Positions 27,082 to 38,478 of a stretch of 64,000 nucleotides of DNA are shown here, piece after piece. A program made the position numbers and the translations under genes. Source of the stretch: Malacoraja senta (Eukaryota); the NCBI GenBank assembly GCA_038087875.1, contig JAXLNO010005889.1:124001-188000 (forward strand), read 5' to 3'. Below the pieces are notes generated by a model, which was given only the letters and a program-made list of their open reading frames with translations, made no database searches and was not told the origin of the DNA. Position 1 is the stretch's first letter; every line of letters starts with the position of its first letter.

Positions 27082-27196
27082 GACACAAATTGCTGGAGCA
27101 TCTCTGGATAAAAGGAATGGGTGCTGCATGTCCCACTGAGTTACTCCAGCATTTTGTGTCCATCTTCGGTGTAAACCAGCATCTGCAGGTCCTTCC
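27082..27196. mobile_element. Internally deleted fold-back Penelope terminal-repeat element
   Basis: gacacaaattgctggag... is inverted against ...ctccagcattttgtgtc. Confidence 0.7.
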
Positions 27197-28057
27197 AGCA
27201 GGAATATTCCTGAAACGTAAACTGAAGACCATGTCCCAAAAAGTAATAGAGTTCTGCAGAATGAAAACAGGCCCTTCAGCCACTCGATCCACTCCTGATC
27301 CTCCTTATCTCCTAGTCATCTCGTGCTGGTGACAAATTCTTTGCTTTGCTCAATATTTCCTGGCTGTACCACATTTTCCATCACTTACAACCGTCTCCAT
27401 GAAGTACCTTGTTAAAGTGAAGGTTAAGATCAGGATTCTGGCACTAGTGTATTTTGAATTTAGGAAAAGATGGTAACGAATCGTTGAAAATGAAAATCAA
27501 GAACTATGGACGCTGGGAAAGCAGAATTTTTTTTTTAAACAGAAAATTCTGGCAACACTCAGCAGTCAAGCAGCATCTGTGAAAGGTTTTGATGAAGTGT
27601 TTCCATCTGAACCATTAATTTTGTTTTTCTCTCCACAGATTAATGTTTCAGTTGGAAACACTGTATCAGTTTTTCACAGATGCTCCCACATATCCCTTGC
27701 TGTAATCATCAGATTTTATGCTCTTGTGAGTAGTGCCTAGAAATTTAATCTATGCATATATTTTCGCGTGCAATTTACACATGACTTTCTTATGCATGTT
27801 AGATCATGCATGTGATCATTCCCAGTTTAATAAGCAACATCAGGAAATAGCACTGTACTTGTCTAATGTTTGCCCAGCATCTAATTAGGTTTAGGTTTAT
27901 TATTATCATGTGTACTGAAGTACAGTGATAACCTTTGTTTTGCTTGCAATCTAAACAGATTAGATATACCAAACACAGATACAAACTCAAATACAAATTC
28001 AAACTCAAGTACAATAGATAGAGCAAAGTGGAGGATACAGTGTGCAGAATATAATAA

Positions 28058-28166
28058 GTTTAAGAAGGAACTGCAGATGCTGGAAAATCAAAGGTAGACA
28101 AAAATGCTGGAGAAACTCAGTCGGTGAGGCAGCACCCGCTGAGTTTCTCCAGCATTTTTATCTACC
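28058..28166. mobile_element. Short fold-back Penelope terminal-repeat element
   Basis: ggtagacaaaaatgctggagaaactcag is inverted against ctgagtttctccagcatttttatctacc. Flanked by the direct repeat gcagaatataataa (28044-28057 and 28167-28180). Confidence 0.8.
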
Positions 28167-28585
28167 GCAGAATATAATAATGTATTTTTTGTATTTACTG
28201 ACTGAAATTAGTGTTAAATCAGTGAATACAACAAACTGTGTTTATACCTCACAATAGAACAAGGGGCAAACCGAAACTGACTAGAAGATGTGACTTAATG
28301 GGATCCATTGTTTCTCAAGCCATTGTGTTTGGCAAAGGCCAGGCTTTATTTTCATTGTTCAAGAGTATTTTAAACAACATTGCTGGTGTGCCATTATTTA
28401 TTGCTGTCCTTCTACATAATGCACACTACAAATGCATGCACCTATCTCAGTCAACATGATGAGCCAGTCCTTACTGTGATATGGGACATGTGGGGCTTCT
28501 TGTGCTGGGGACGAGACACACTGAAGACATATTTCTCCTATCTTCTGTGTTTTCTTTCATCTTCATGACAGCCTTTCCTACAGAT

Positions 28586-29188
28586 GGCTCCATGGTGGCG
28601 CAGCAGGGCGGCATGGTGGTGCAGTGGTAGAGTTGCTGCCTTACAGTGCTCTCAGTGCCAGAGACCCAGGTTCGATCCCGACTACGGGTGCTGCCTGTAC
28701 AGAGTTTGTAAGTTCTCCTGATGGCCATGTGGGTTTTCTCCGAGATCATCGGTTTCCTGGTGCCAGGCGGAAGAGGGCTCTGCCCTAGCCAGCTGCCTGC
28801 CCCTTTTCCGTGCCCGGGTGGTGTTAGAGAGGGACTACGCGCTGTCCATGGGCACCCTGGAGGATTTCCGGGAATGCTGGGCACCACGAGGGGTTGAATG
28901 CATCCTTGACAAGGAGTGTAACATAGTTGTATAGTTTATTTAGTATATTTGTTTGTCTTGTATTATGGTGGTGGGTTCTGTTTTGTTTTATTGTATTGTA
29001 AATATTATTTTAAATAATTTAATACATTTTTTTATTTAAAAAAAAGACGTACAGGTTTGTACATTAATTGGCTTTCTATAAATATAAATTGTCCCTAGTG
29101 TCTGTAGGATAGTTTTAATGTGCGGGGATCGCTGGTCGGCGCGGACTCATTTGGCTGAAGGGCCTGTTTCCACGCTGTATCTCTAAAC
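28586..29188 (+). mobile_element. HE1-type SINE interrupted by a Tx1-like insertion
   Basis: Head and V-domain run to 28758; the SINE resumes at ~29043 (aaagacgtacagg) and ends ctctaaac. Confidence 0.88.
28759..29042 (+). mobile_element. Tx1-like (L1 clade) 3' fragment with A-tail
   Basis: Reads CLPLFRARVVLERDYALSMGTLEDFRECWAPRG, then a one-base frameshift to ...ECILDKECNIVV* (TAG 28932-28934). T-rich 3'UTR and A-tail. Confidence 0.75.
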
Positions 29189-30637
29189 GCACTGTATTGC
29201 CTTTACAGTAATCCTTGGTGAAATCAACTTTATCAGTGTCAAGCAGATGTCAAACCCTGACTGGAGAGCTCAGCTGCACAATGAATTTACGCTTCTTCTT
29301 ACATCCAGTGGTGTGGTTTTTGCACACATTGTCAATTTAACAGATTATATGAAAATAAAGATATAATATCTATGAAAAGCACTGGCCACTTTCTTACTAG
29401 TCCATTTACTGGCACATACTGACTTACCAATGAAGGATAGAATGAGCATTTAATTTGGTGTCTCTTCCAAAGTTTCTCCCAGATTTTGCTGACAACAAAT
29501 ATTGTACTATGCCTGTGTGTATAAAGTCTGTAAGGCAATTAAATATCTTGGGATACAGATATAAATTTTAGTCAATCTGTTAATCGGTTAGAAATTCCCA
29601 AAATACCTTCCATGAAGTGCAGTAAAAGCGTTCTATTTTGTGGTCTATTTTATGAGCTGACATGATTGGAGGTTGGAATATCAATGCAGACAATTATGGG
29701 ATAGATTCTAAGATATAATTAGGCTGCAACATGTCAGGTTAGAACAGATGACATTATCGAACCACGTTACAGAAGCAGAAGTCAAATTTCAAAGGCATGT
29801 TTATCACAGGCAATGGATGATAATTATCCAACATATGCCATTTTCTGCTCCTTATTCCAGGGAAAAATTACTGAAACATCTGTGAGTCAACTTTACTTTC
29901 TTCTTAATTAACTAACAAGACAACAGCTCTAGCTAGTTCTTCCAAATTCAGAGGAAGTTGCACAATTTTGGGCCAGGCATTTCAATCAGCAGAAAAAATA
30001 CCAACTTGTATTTTGAAAATCCTCTGATGTCAATTCTCCAGTAAGTTAGGTTACAAACCTAACTAGCAAGGACACATAGTGCCGAAAAAAAATATCCGCA
30101 CAAGTTTACGTTAAAATATTTTGCAGTTGACAAAGTCACACTCAGCTTTGCTAGTTTACAAACCCACCATAGATAACTATTTCTGGAGGTGTTTTACTGT
30201 CACTTTGTGTTTGAACCAGCTTCTTCATGTCTACTTTTCTCTAAATATATCTTTTCAATAACAATAAATAATTTCCTTTAAGGACCTGTGATGCACGTTT
30301 AATCCTCAAGGAAATTACAACTATTTGCATTGATTTATTGTTTTTGGTTGGTCTTGATTAATACACAAAGTCAATTAAAATGTTTAAAAATATTGAAGAT
30401 TTTAAAGTACATGAAAAATATTATTTAAACCTGTTTTATATAATTGAACGAAAAACAATAAAACAAACAGTTTTTTTATTCCCCAGAATAAAAGGACATA
30501 CATTTACAATGGAGATGAGGAGAAATTTCTTTAGCCAGTAGGTGGTGAATCTGGGGAACCATTGTCACCACTAGTGGAGACGTTAATAGGCTGCTGAAAA
30601 GAAGAAGAAAAAACTTGTTCTAGAATCAACCTCCTCT

Positions 30638-30876
30638 TGTCATCATCAACTGCCCATGTCTCCCAAATGTCATCATCAACTGCCCATGTCTCCCAAATGT
30701 CATCATCAACTGCCCATGTCTCCCAAATGTCATCATCAACTGCCCATGTCTCCCAAATGTCATCATCAACTGCCCATGTCTCCCAAATGTCATCATCAAC
30801 TGCCCATGTCTCCCAAATGTCATCATCAACTGCCCATGTCTCCCAAATGTCATCATCAACTGCCCATGTTTCCCAA
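30638..30876. repeat. 30-bp minisatellite, 8 copies
   Basis: tgtcatcatcaactgcccatgtctcccaaa: seven identical copies plus an eighth with 2 differences. Confidence 0.98.
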
Positions 30877-32204
30877 GCTTGAGATGTTCTTCAAATCATT
30901 TGGTTATCCTCCAGAATAACAACTCTACAATCTCCCCTTTCAACATTTTTAATATTTGGTTCTCTTGCTGAATAATGAAAAACAATACCTAAATCTTCAC
31001 TAAATTTCCCCTTTAGAATCCTTTGCACAGCCATATATCCTTTCCCAAGGTTTAGAGGGTCACAGTTTCAAAACAATAGACAATTTTAAACTGGGTAAAT
31101 TATCTCCAAGGAATAAAGACATTCTTTCTCAGACCAAATCAAAAAGCAGCGATTAGCACCTATACTTACATAAAATCCAGGAATGTTTCATTACTTTGTT
31201 GACGTTAATTGTAGGAACACATTGAAATTCAGGCCTAAGCGCTGAGACTTTAAATGGAGAAGAAACTGTGTGAGGATATCTGTGTGGTGATATAACATCT
31301 GCACAGAAAGTCCCACTTTTGTCTTGCCAAACGTAAGTTGCACTCAAGTAATGCATACCTCCCACACACCGACAACCTGGGGAAACTGTTCTCTTATTCT
31401 GTTCAGCTGATCATTATTTCCATACAATTTGTTATAAAAATCAAGGCCAGTAATAATTAACGCCTAATATCTTCTCACGGGTTTAATAAGCAAATTACAT
31501 GATTAAAGCCTAATTGGACCATTATATCTTAGAACAAGAGAACGTCAGTCAACAGATAATAACGAGACAGCCTCGATTCCGATTAAATTTCCAAGGATTT
31601 GGGGAAGGACAGATCAAGGTTGATTCAGATTCACAGCATTGCAGATTTTCTCTCCTTTACACATCAGGTAACCGCAAGGGATAATATGGGAGGGATAATA
31701 TTCTCCTGTCACCAGAACTCATTCCAAGCTGAATTATATGTCTGACAGACACAATTCACTTCACTGTCCATAAACAGCCAGTTACAATTTCCCAAGTACA
31801 TAATATTCACGGCTGGCTTGAAAAGGCCAACGGTTTGTGGTGCTGCTTTGTTGGCTGATAAACCGTAAAAGGAGGACTCCAGGTTCTTGAGATTTACATA
31901 AAATAATAGGGCCGTAGGATTGAAACTTCACAGTGCTCTGGAAGCTCCATGTTTTGTATTAACTACTGTCAGAGACATAAAGCTCAGACAACCATGCTCT
32001 ACAGGATTGCTATTCCAGATGCAGATCATCATGCAATCTAATAAATAGTTTGGAAATTGCAAAGGATCCATAATTTCTGTATTTACTTTCTGTCAGAATC
32101 AATCGCTTATCAGAAAACAATAAGACACCAACAATTGTTTAGCAGCATTAGCATTGCAGAGGGAAGATGAAAATGACAGCACCATATAACTCTGCCTGCC
32201 TATT

Positions 32205-32519
32205 TTAGTTTCGTTTAGAGATACAGCATGGAAACAAGCACTTTGGCCCACCCCGGCCGCACCAACCATCGATCATGCGTTCACACTAGTTTTATGTTAT
32301 CCCACTTTCTCATCCACTCCCTGCACACTAGGGCAATTTATAGAGGCAATTTAAACTACAAACACACATGTTTTGGGATGTGGGAAGAAACTGGAGCACC
32401 CAGGGGAAACCCACACAGTCACAGGGAGAACATGCAAACTCTGCACTGACAGCACCAAGGTCAGGATCAAACCCGGGTCTCTGGTGCTGTGAGGTTGCGG
32501 CTCCACCGTCTGCACCACT
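32205..32519 (-). mobile_element. HE1-type SINE
   Basis: Reverse-complement head, V-domain and tail. Confidence 0.85.
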
Positions 32520-33005
32520 ATTATTGAGATTTTCATTCACAACGCATGCAGGCAATTATCTATAAGTTCTACATCACCTAATGGGTGTAAGATGAGAGAG
32601 CAGGGCACCAACCACCATTTTGAACATTAGCTCCACTCTAAATATCAGTTGCACCTTTGGCCCAAGGGTGACCAGACCTTTATATTGCCAATGATGATGA
32701 ATGCAGTGAAGCTGAGGACATCTAAATTCTGCAACTTGGATGGTAGTGGGGAAGTGAGAGCAGTGCCAGGAGTATTTTGATTGATAGAAGACTTAGATCT
32801 GATACCAGCACATGGTGGGGCATTGGGGACATCAAAGAGGTAGGAGATGCCGTGGGGAGGTCGGTGAAGTGTCAATTCAAGAGGTCAAAGCCTGGCCCAA
32901 GACATTCTAAGATTCAAAAGACAGGGCCTCAGGAATTTGCAAGGTTGGGAAGACAGACTGGATCTCAGGGGATAATGACAGATTGCACAAAGGGTGAAGG
33001 TATGT

Positions 33006-33070
33006 AATTCACTAACTTGTGAAATTCACTAACTTGTGGAATTCACTAAATGGGGTAATTCACTAACTTG
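33006..33070. repeat. 17-bp tandem repeat (4 copies)
   Basis: aattcactaa(cttg) recurs at 33006, 33023, 33040 and 33057. Confidence 0.9.
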
Positions 33071-33520
33071 ATAGACATCTCCATCTGGCACTACACTGGG
33101 AAGTCCCAGATTTCGTAGCGATGGTCATTGACGGAATATTCCAAAAAGCGCCTTGCACAACGAACGATCCCACATCAGGGGCACAGGAGTGCTTCACACT
33201 CAAAAGTCCCAGTCAATGATGGAATGATGCTAAATGAACCATCAGCGATCGTTACTAGATCTCATTCTGAAAAAGAAACACTTTTGATTTGCCAATGCTA
33301 AAGAAATTGTATTGTGGAGAGAGATATCCTGCCATTTCTTTGCTGGCAGTCTCTGGACAAAAACAATGGTGGGTAGGGGGTGGGGAGGGGGAAGGGTGAA
33401 GTGGTTGGTGTGATATTCAAATTGATGGGATGCCAAGAAGCAGCATTAAATCGGAACTGGTGTAAGTGCCATGTAGATGTTGATTCAATTTAACTCAATA
33501 GAACAGACTATTCAACATTT

Positions 33521-33698
33521 GTAGGAAAGAACTGCTGATGCTGGTTTATATCGAAGGTAGACATAAAATGCTGGAGTAACTCAATGGGACAGGTTGCGTC
33601 TGTGGAGAGAAGGAATGGGTGAGGTTTCGGGTTGAGACCCTTCTTCAGACTGAAGATGCTGCCTGTCCCGCTGAGTTACTCCAGCATTTTGTGTCCAC
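33521..33698. mobile_element. Fold-back Penelope terminal-repeat element with the best-preserved hammerhead core
   Basis: The long minus-strand arm ends ...gagacccttcttcagactga and is followed by the inverted arm gatgctgcctgtcccgctgagttactccagcattttgtgtc. Confidence 0.85.
33621..33648 (-). ncRNA. Minimal hammerhead ribozyme core (Penelope-associated)
   Basis: Minus strand CUGAAGA-A-GGGU(CUCA)ACCC-GAAA-C-CUC contains both conserved core boxes, helix II and an NUH triplet. Confidence 0.6.
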
Positions 33699-34469
33699 GT
33701 ATTTAACATAGTGTATAATATGTGGCTGATGCAATACCTCCAGTTTGCACTCAGCCTGAATCTCTACTTTTTATGTCCTCTCAAAAGGTTACAGTCTACC
33801 GGAAAGCTTCCACTATATAAAACATTGCTCAGGAAATGTTATATAAATTAAAATGTGCTCTGGCCCTGTCAGAGGCTAAGAGACTTTGAAAGAACATTTC
33901 TGCAACAGAGCTTCTGCAAGCATTTTAAATGTCATTTTACACTAATCAGAATTGCTAAGCAGTGCCCATTTGTCACATGAGGAGCTAAAAAACAAGCCAG
34001 AGGTACCAGCGGTGACATGTTGAGTCTATAATTATCCAGTCTTGTCCTCGCTGCAGAGATGCCTGATTTGAATATCCTGCCTTCACTGACATTTTAATGG
34101 GATAATATCACTACAGGCTTGACTTCTCTAAGTGAGTTTACAATCCATCAGAATTCTTCAAGTGGCTAACTTCTGTGCAAAGGTCATCATTGGGAGAATT
34201 AATTTAGCCTCCAGAAAACTGAACGTTTGACCTTCAAAGAAATGCATCACCATGTAGTTCTGCTGTTGCAGTGGAAGATGCAGATATTTTAACGGAGTAG
34301 TGATAAAAGGCATGACTTTTTTCTAACCCAGGCTCCTTCCTCCAGGAATTACAGATTTCATTTGAAGCCAAATCAGATTAATTTAAGAAAGTAGCAAATC
34401 AGGCAATGAGGTAAGAATATGAATGAATCTCTGCGACCATTTAAAAAAATAATTTATGGATTCATGGAT

Positions 34470-34760
34470 TGTAGACATTACTAGCAATTCAGCATTTATT
34501 GCCATTCTAATTTGCCATTAATAACCGTCAACCAGATCAGTGGGTCGCATAAAGGCTAGAATCTGGTAAGAACAGCAGTTTGCCTTCCCTAAAGGGCATT
34601 AGTGAAACAGATTTTATTTTTTTTATTGCTGAAACTAGCTTCTTTTAATTTAATATTTCTATTGAATTATTCTTAATTCAAGTTCCACATCTGCCGTAGA
34701 AAGCATTTGAATTTATGTTTCTGAATCGACACTTCAAAACCTTGGCTCCTTGCACAGTAC
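34470..34760 (-). mobile_element. Old, degenerate tRNA-SINE family copy
   Basis: gcagtttgccttccctaaagggcattagtgaaacaga core and a cagcatttattgcc tail. Related tails at 16373-16430, 45685-45730 and 49910-50020. Confidence 0.55.
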
Positions 34761-35294
34761 ATGCACAATAGAATTGGAATATATTCGATCCTCCCCAGAT
34801 GACATTGCAAATCGTGATTGTCACTCTGTACACCTCACAATAGTCAGTAGAAGTTCAACTTCCTTTGTCTATCAATTTATTCACTCACATGTAAAAGGAG
34901 TTACAGGGTTCCTAAACTTCACCACTCATACAGCAATTAATACACCCTTAATATGTAATGAATCAACAAATTCTAAGGTTATATATCATAGAGGAGCATT
35001 TTCTTGTGCAATCTCTAAATATTTAACTATTACATTTTTCCAAACCAAAAATGAGACCTTGTTCAATCAGTGTCCAATCAAATGATTCCAACCTGAAATG
35101 TTGCCTATCTATGTTCTGCAGAGATGCTGCCTGACCCACTGAGTTACTCCAGCACTTTGTGTCCATCTTTGGTATAAACCAGCATCTACAGTTTCTTGTT
35201 AATACATTGTTAAAACAAAATATTCCTTTGATTCAGCCAATCAGTCAGTGGCACACATGTTCAAAGGTCATTTATACCCAGTACCCAACAACTG

Positions 35295-35426
35295 CAGCAC
35301 AGTGGTGCAGCGGTAGAGTTGCTACCTTACAGCGCCAGAGAACTGGGTTCGGTCCTGTCTACGAGTGCTGTCTGTATGGAATTTGCACATTCTCCCTGTG
35401 ACCGAGCGGGTTTTCTCTGGGTGCTC
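35295..35426 (+). mobile_element. HE1-type SINE 5' fragment
   Basis: cagtggtgcagcggtagagttgctaccttacagcgccagag head. Confidence 0.8.
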
Positions 35427-35504
35427 AACATTGACACTTAATGGATCCAAATCTCAGTCTATGCAATCTCACCTCTTTAATCCATGTGATTGATTCCTGT
35501 CCCT

Positions 35505-35880
35505 CTGCAGAGGCCTGAACACATTATCTGGAATACCCTCTCAGTGTAGTGCTGCAGGTACTGGCAGTGGCAACGTTTTGGTGTGGTGTTTGACCAAATA
35601 CCTTTTTTGTATGCTGTTTCATACTTGCTTTTTATTTTTTATTCTGTTCGAAATAAAGAAATATTATTATTAATATTATATACCTATCTGCCTTCTGAAG
35701 CAGAAGAGGGGAGTACTCCCCAGTGCTCTGACCAATATTTATCCCTCATCTAACAAATGTTCTGGCCATTATATTATTGCTTGTGGGATTTTGAAAAACC
35801 TGGCTGCTGATTTTCTGCAAGAGTTACTGTATTTTCAAATGTCTTACCTTTTAGGTGATTTATACCTGATTTAACTTCCA
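35505..35880 (+). mobile_element. Degenerate Deu-domain SINE (AmnSINE1/SacSINE1-like)
   Basis: gaagaggggagtactccccagtgctctgaccaatatttatccctca...ttgcttgtgggatttt resembles the Deu-domain consensus as I recall it. Confidence 0.5.
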
Positions 35881-36529
35881 TCAGAATCTTCACCACAAAT
35901 AGCAATTCTGCAGTCACTTGTGAAGGTACAATTAAAGAGACTTTCTCATGTACTGTAAACTCAGACTGAGTTAATGATGTTTGTAAAATATGAGGCATTT
36001 TGTAAATGTATAATTTTGCTTTAGGCATTATTTTATTTTTGTCACAAGAACAGCTTTGTTTTGCATGCTATCCAGTCAAATTATATCATTCATACACAAC
36101 TACAATCATACACAACTACAACACCTAGTGCAAGAAGAAGAAACAACCAGAGTGCAAAGTATATTGCTGCAGCGTTACAGTGATACAGCTGCAGAGAAAG
36201 TGCAAACAAAAAAATAAAAAGTGCAAGGGCCACAATGAGGTAGGTTGGGAAATCAGCACTACACACTTAGCTTATGAAAGGTCCATTCAGTGGTCTGATA
36301 AGACCAGACAAGAATTAGTTTCTGAATTCGGGTGGAATGTGCTTTCAAGCTTTTATATCTTCTGCCTGATGCCTGATGGGAGTGGGGAGAAGGGGGAATG
36401 ACCAAGATGTAAGTGAACTTTGTTGTAGAGATGATAATTTAGAAAGCTTCTGCTTTGAAAGACATCCTCAGTTCTTCAAGGATCTTTACAGGTTGAATGG
36501 AAATGATGGAAATGAAGAGATCCAAGGTG

Positions 36530-36625
36530 AAGGTAGACACAAAATGCTGGAGTAATTCAGCAGGACAGGCAGCATCTCTGGAGAGAAGGAATGGGTGACG
36601 GTTCGGGTCGAGACCTTTCTTCAGC
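36530..36625 (-). mobile_element. Penelope terminal-repeat fragment with a mutated hammerhead core
   Basis: Reverse complement reads ctgaagaaaggtctcgacccgaaccgtc (GAAA changed to GAAC). Confidence 0.8.
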
Positions 36626-37059
36626 TGCAAGATGACATGGGTTGGCATGCTACAGTGCCAGCCAGCATCTGACCCCATTTTTAACACTAAGATTTGGATA
36701 CATCAAATCATTTTGAGGACATTTTCCATCTCTACACTAATCCATAAATCATGATCCATTACTTACCAAAGGAGGTCAATATAACACCTGCCCCATGCTG
36801 TCCCTGCACTTGAGAATGTTGTTAACTCACCTCTAATGTCCTTCCAATATGTGGAACCACCTCACATCTGCCATTCTGTGGATCCAATTACTGAAAAGAT
36901 GGGTATCCATGTATTTTAAATGTGCTAGGAATGCAGGGTCTTGACCTAAAATGCCGATTATTCCCTTGCCTCCACAGATACTGTTTGACCTGTTGAGTTC
37001 CGCCAGCAGTTTGCTTTCTTGCTCCAGATTCCAGCATCTGCAACCTCTTTACATTTTTT

Positions 37060-37352
37060 TTTAGATACATTGCAGAAACAGGACCTTCGGCCCACCGAGT
37101 CCTCGCCAACCAGTGATCCCCGCACATTAACACTATCCTACTCACAAGGGAGAATTTACAATTTTACCAAGCCAATTAGCCTACAAACCAGTACATCTTT
37201 GGAGTGTGGGAAGAAACTGGAGCACCCGGAGAAAACCCACGCAGGTCACAGGGAGAATGTACAAACTCCATACAGACAGCACCCGTAGTCAGGATCGAAC
37301 CCGGGTCTCTGGCGCTCTAAGGCAGCAGCTCTACCGCTGAGTCACCATGCCA
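37060..37352 (-). mobile_element. HE1-type SINE
   Basis: Full reverse-complement copy, CpG-rich. Confidence 0.9.
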
Positions 37353-38165
37353 CACATTTTTGGTCTGTTGTATCTCCAGAGATTATTGGTGAGCATCTTG
37401 ACCGGTGCCGCCAAAACAGGCAACACTTGTTCCTACTCAACTTGGCACCCTTGACTCAAACATAATTCCTGCTTGTTAATTATCTTCCATGTAATTATTG
37501 TTGGTTTGGAATTTTTCTCCTAGCATTTAATGAGGTAAATTTCTATCCCTTGTCTTTAGGTTTACTCCCGATTTATATTAATGAACACAATAAAAGGTTC
37601 TGCGACAACAACGAGAAGACAATATGCAAAGTAGAATCATTAACAAATGTTTCTCAGCAGATTTAATTTCAAATGTGCTTCATGCTTCCTGTGGCAATAA
37701 AGTCAGAAAGTAATTTCTGGATAATTACTGAAATCCATTAACAAAGTATCTCAGTGTAAATGTGGAATTAAAGGTCAACAAACTGATTCCGCTTCTGAAA
37801 ACAATTATGCAACAATACTAGTTGCATTTGTGAATATAAATTACCCCACAACCACCAGGGACCAGCTCCCCTCAAACACATCAGTTATCACAGCATGCAA
37901 TAACCAGACAACTCGGTTCCTATTTTAGCCAGTAAAAAATAATAACTTTGTTTTTATGTCCAGTTTTAGTAGAAACTTAGTAGAAATTTAAATGAGTGAA
38001 CTAAAAAAATCATTAAATAGTTTCAGCGGAGAAGTAGGCCATTTGGCCCATCAAGCCATGTATTCCTCTGCAAATATTTTATTGAGTGAAAAATATTTGC
38101 ACTTATCCGCAGTAGAACTCTGATAATCTCTCACCTTAGGGAGTTTGAAGCCCTTTGTGGAGGCA

Positions 38166-38478
38166 AGGGCAGTATGGTGGTGCAGCAGTAGAGTTGCTGC
38201 CTTACAGCGCCAGAAACACGGGTTTGACCCTGGTTGTTGTCTGCACGGAGTTTGTACATTTTCCACATGACCTGCGTGGGTTTTCTCCAGCTGCTCCGGC
38301 TTCCTCCCACACTCCAAAGACATACAGGTTTGTAGGTTAATTGGCTTTGGTAAAATTGTAAATTGTCCCTAGTGTGTGATGGATAGTTTAAGTGTACAGG
38401 GGTCACTGGTCGGCGCAGACATGGTGGGACGAATGGCCTATTTCTGCGTTGTATCTATAAACTCTATTAAACTAAACT
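38166..38478 (+). mobile_element. HE1-type SINE
   Basis: Head, V-domain and (ctaaa)n tail. Confidence 0.88.

Noticed and set aside
30626-30919. Repetitive ORFs (MMTFGRHGQL)n, (MSSSTAHVSQ)n and (MSPKCHHQLP)n; CRISPR-like appearance
   Set aside because: These arise from a stop-free 30-bp tandem repeat. There are no splice signals and no unique spacers, so it is neither an exon nor a CRISPR array.
31231-31331. Exon-like segment ending in |gtaagt
   Set aside because: Stops in all three frames and a weak acceptor; a non-coding exon cannot be supported without RNA data.
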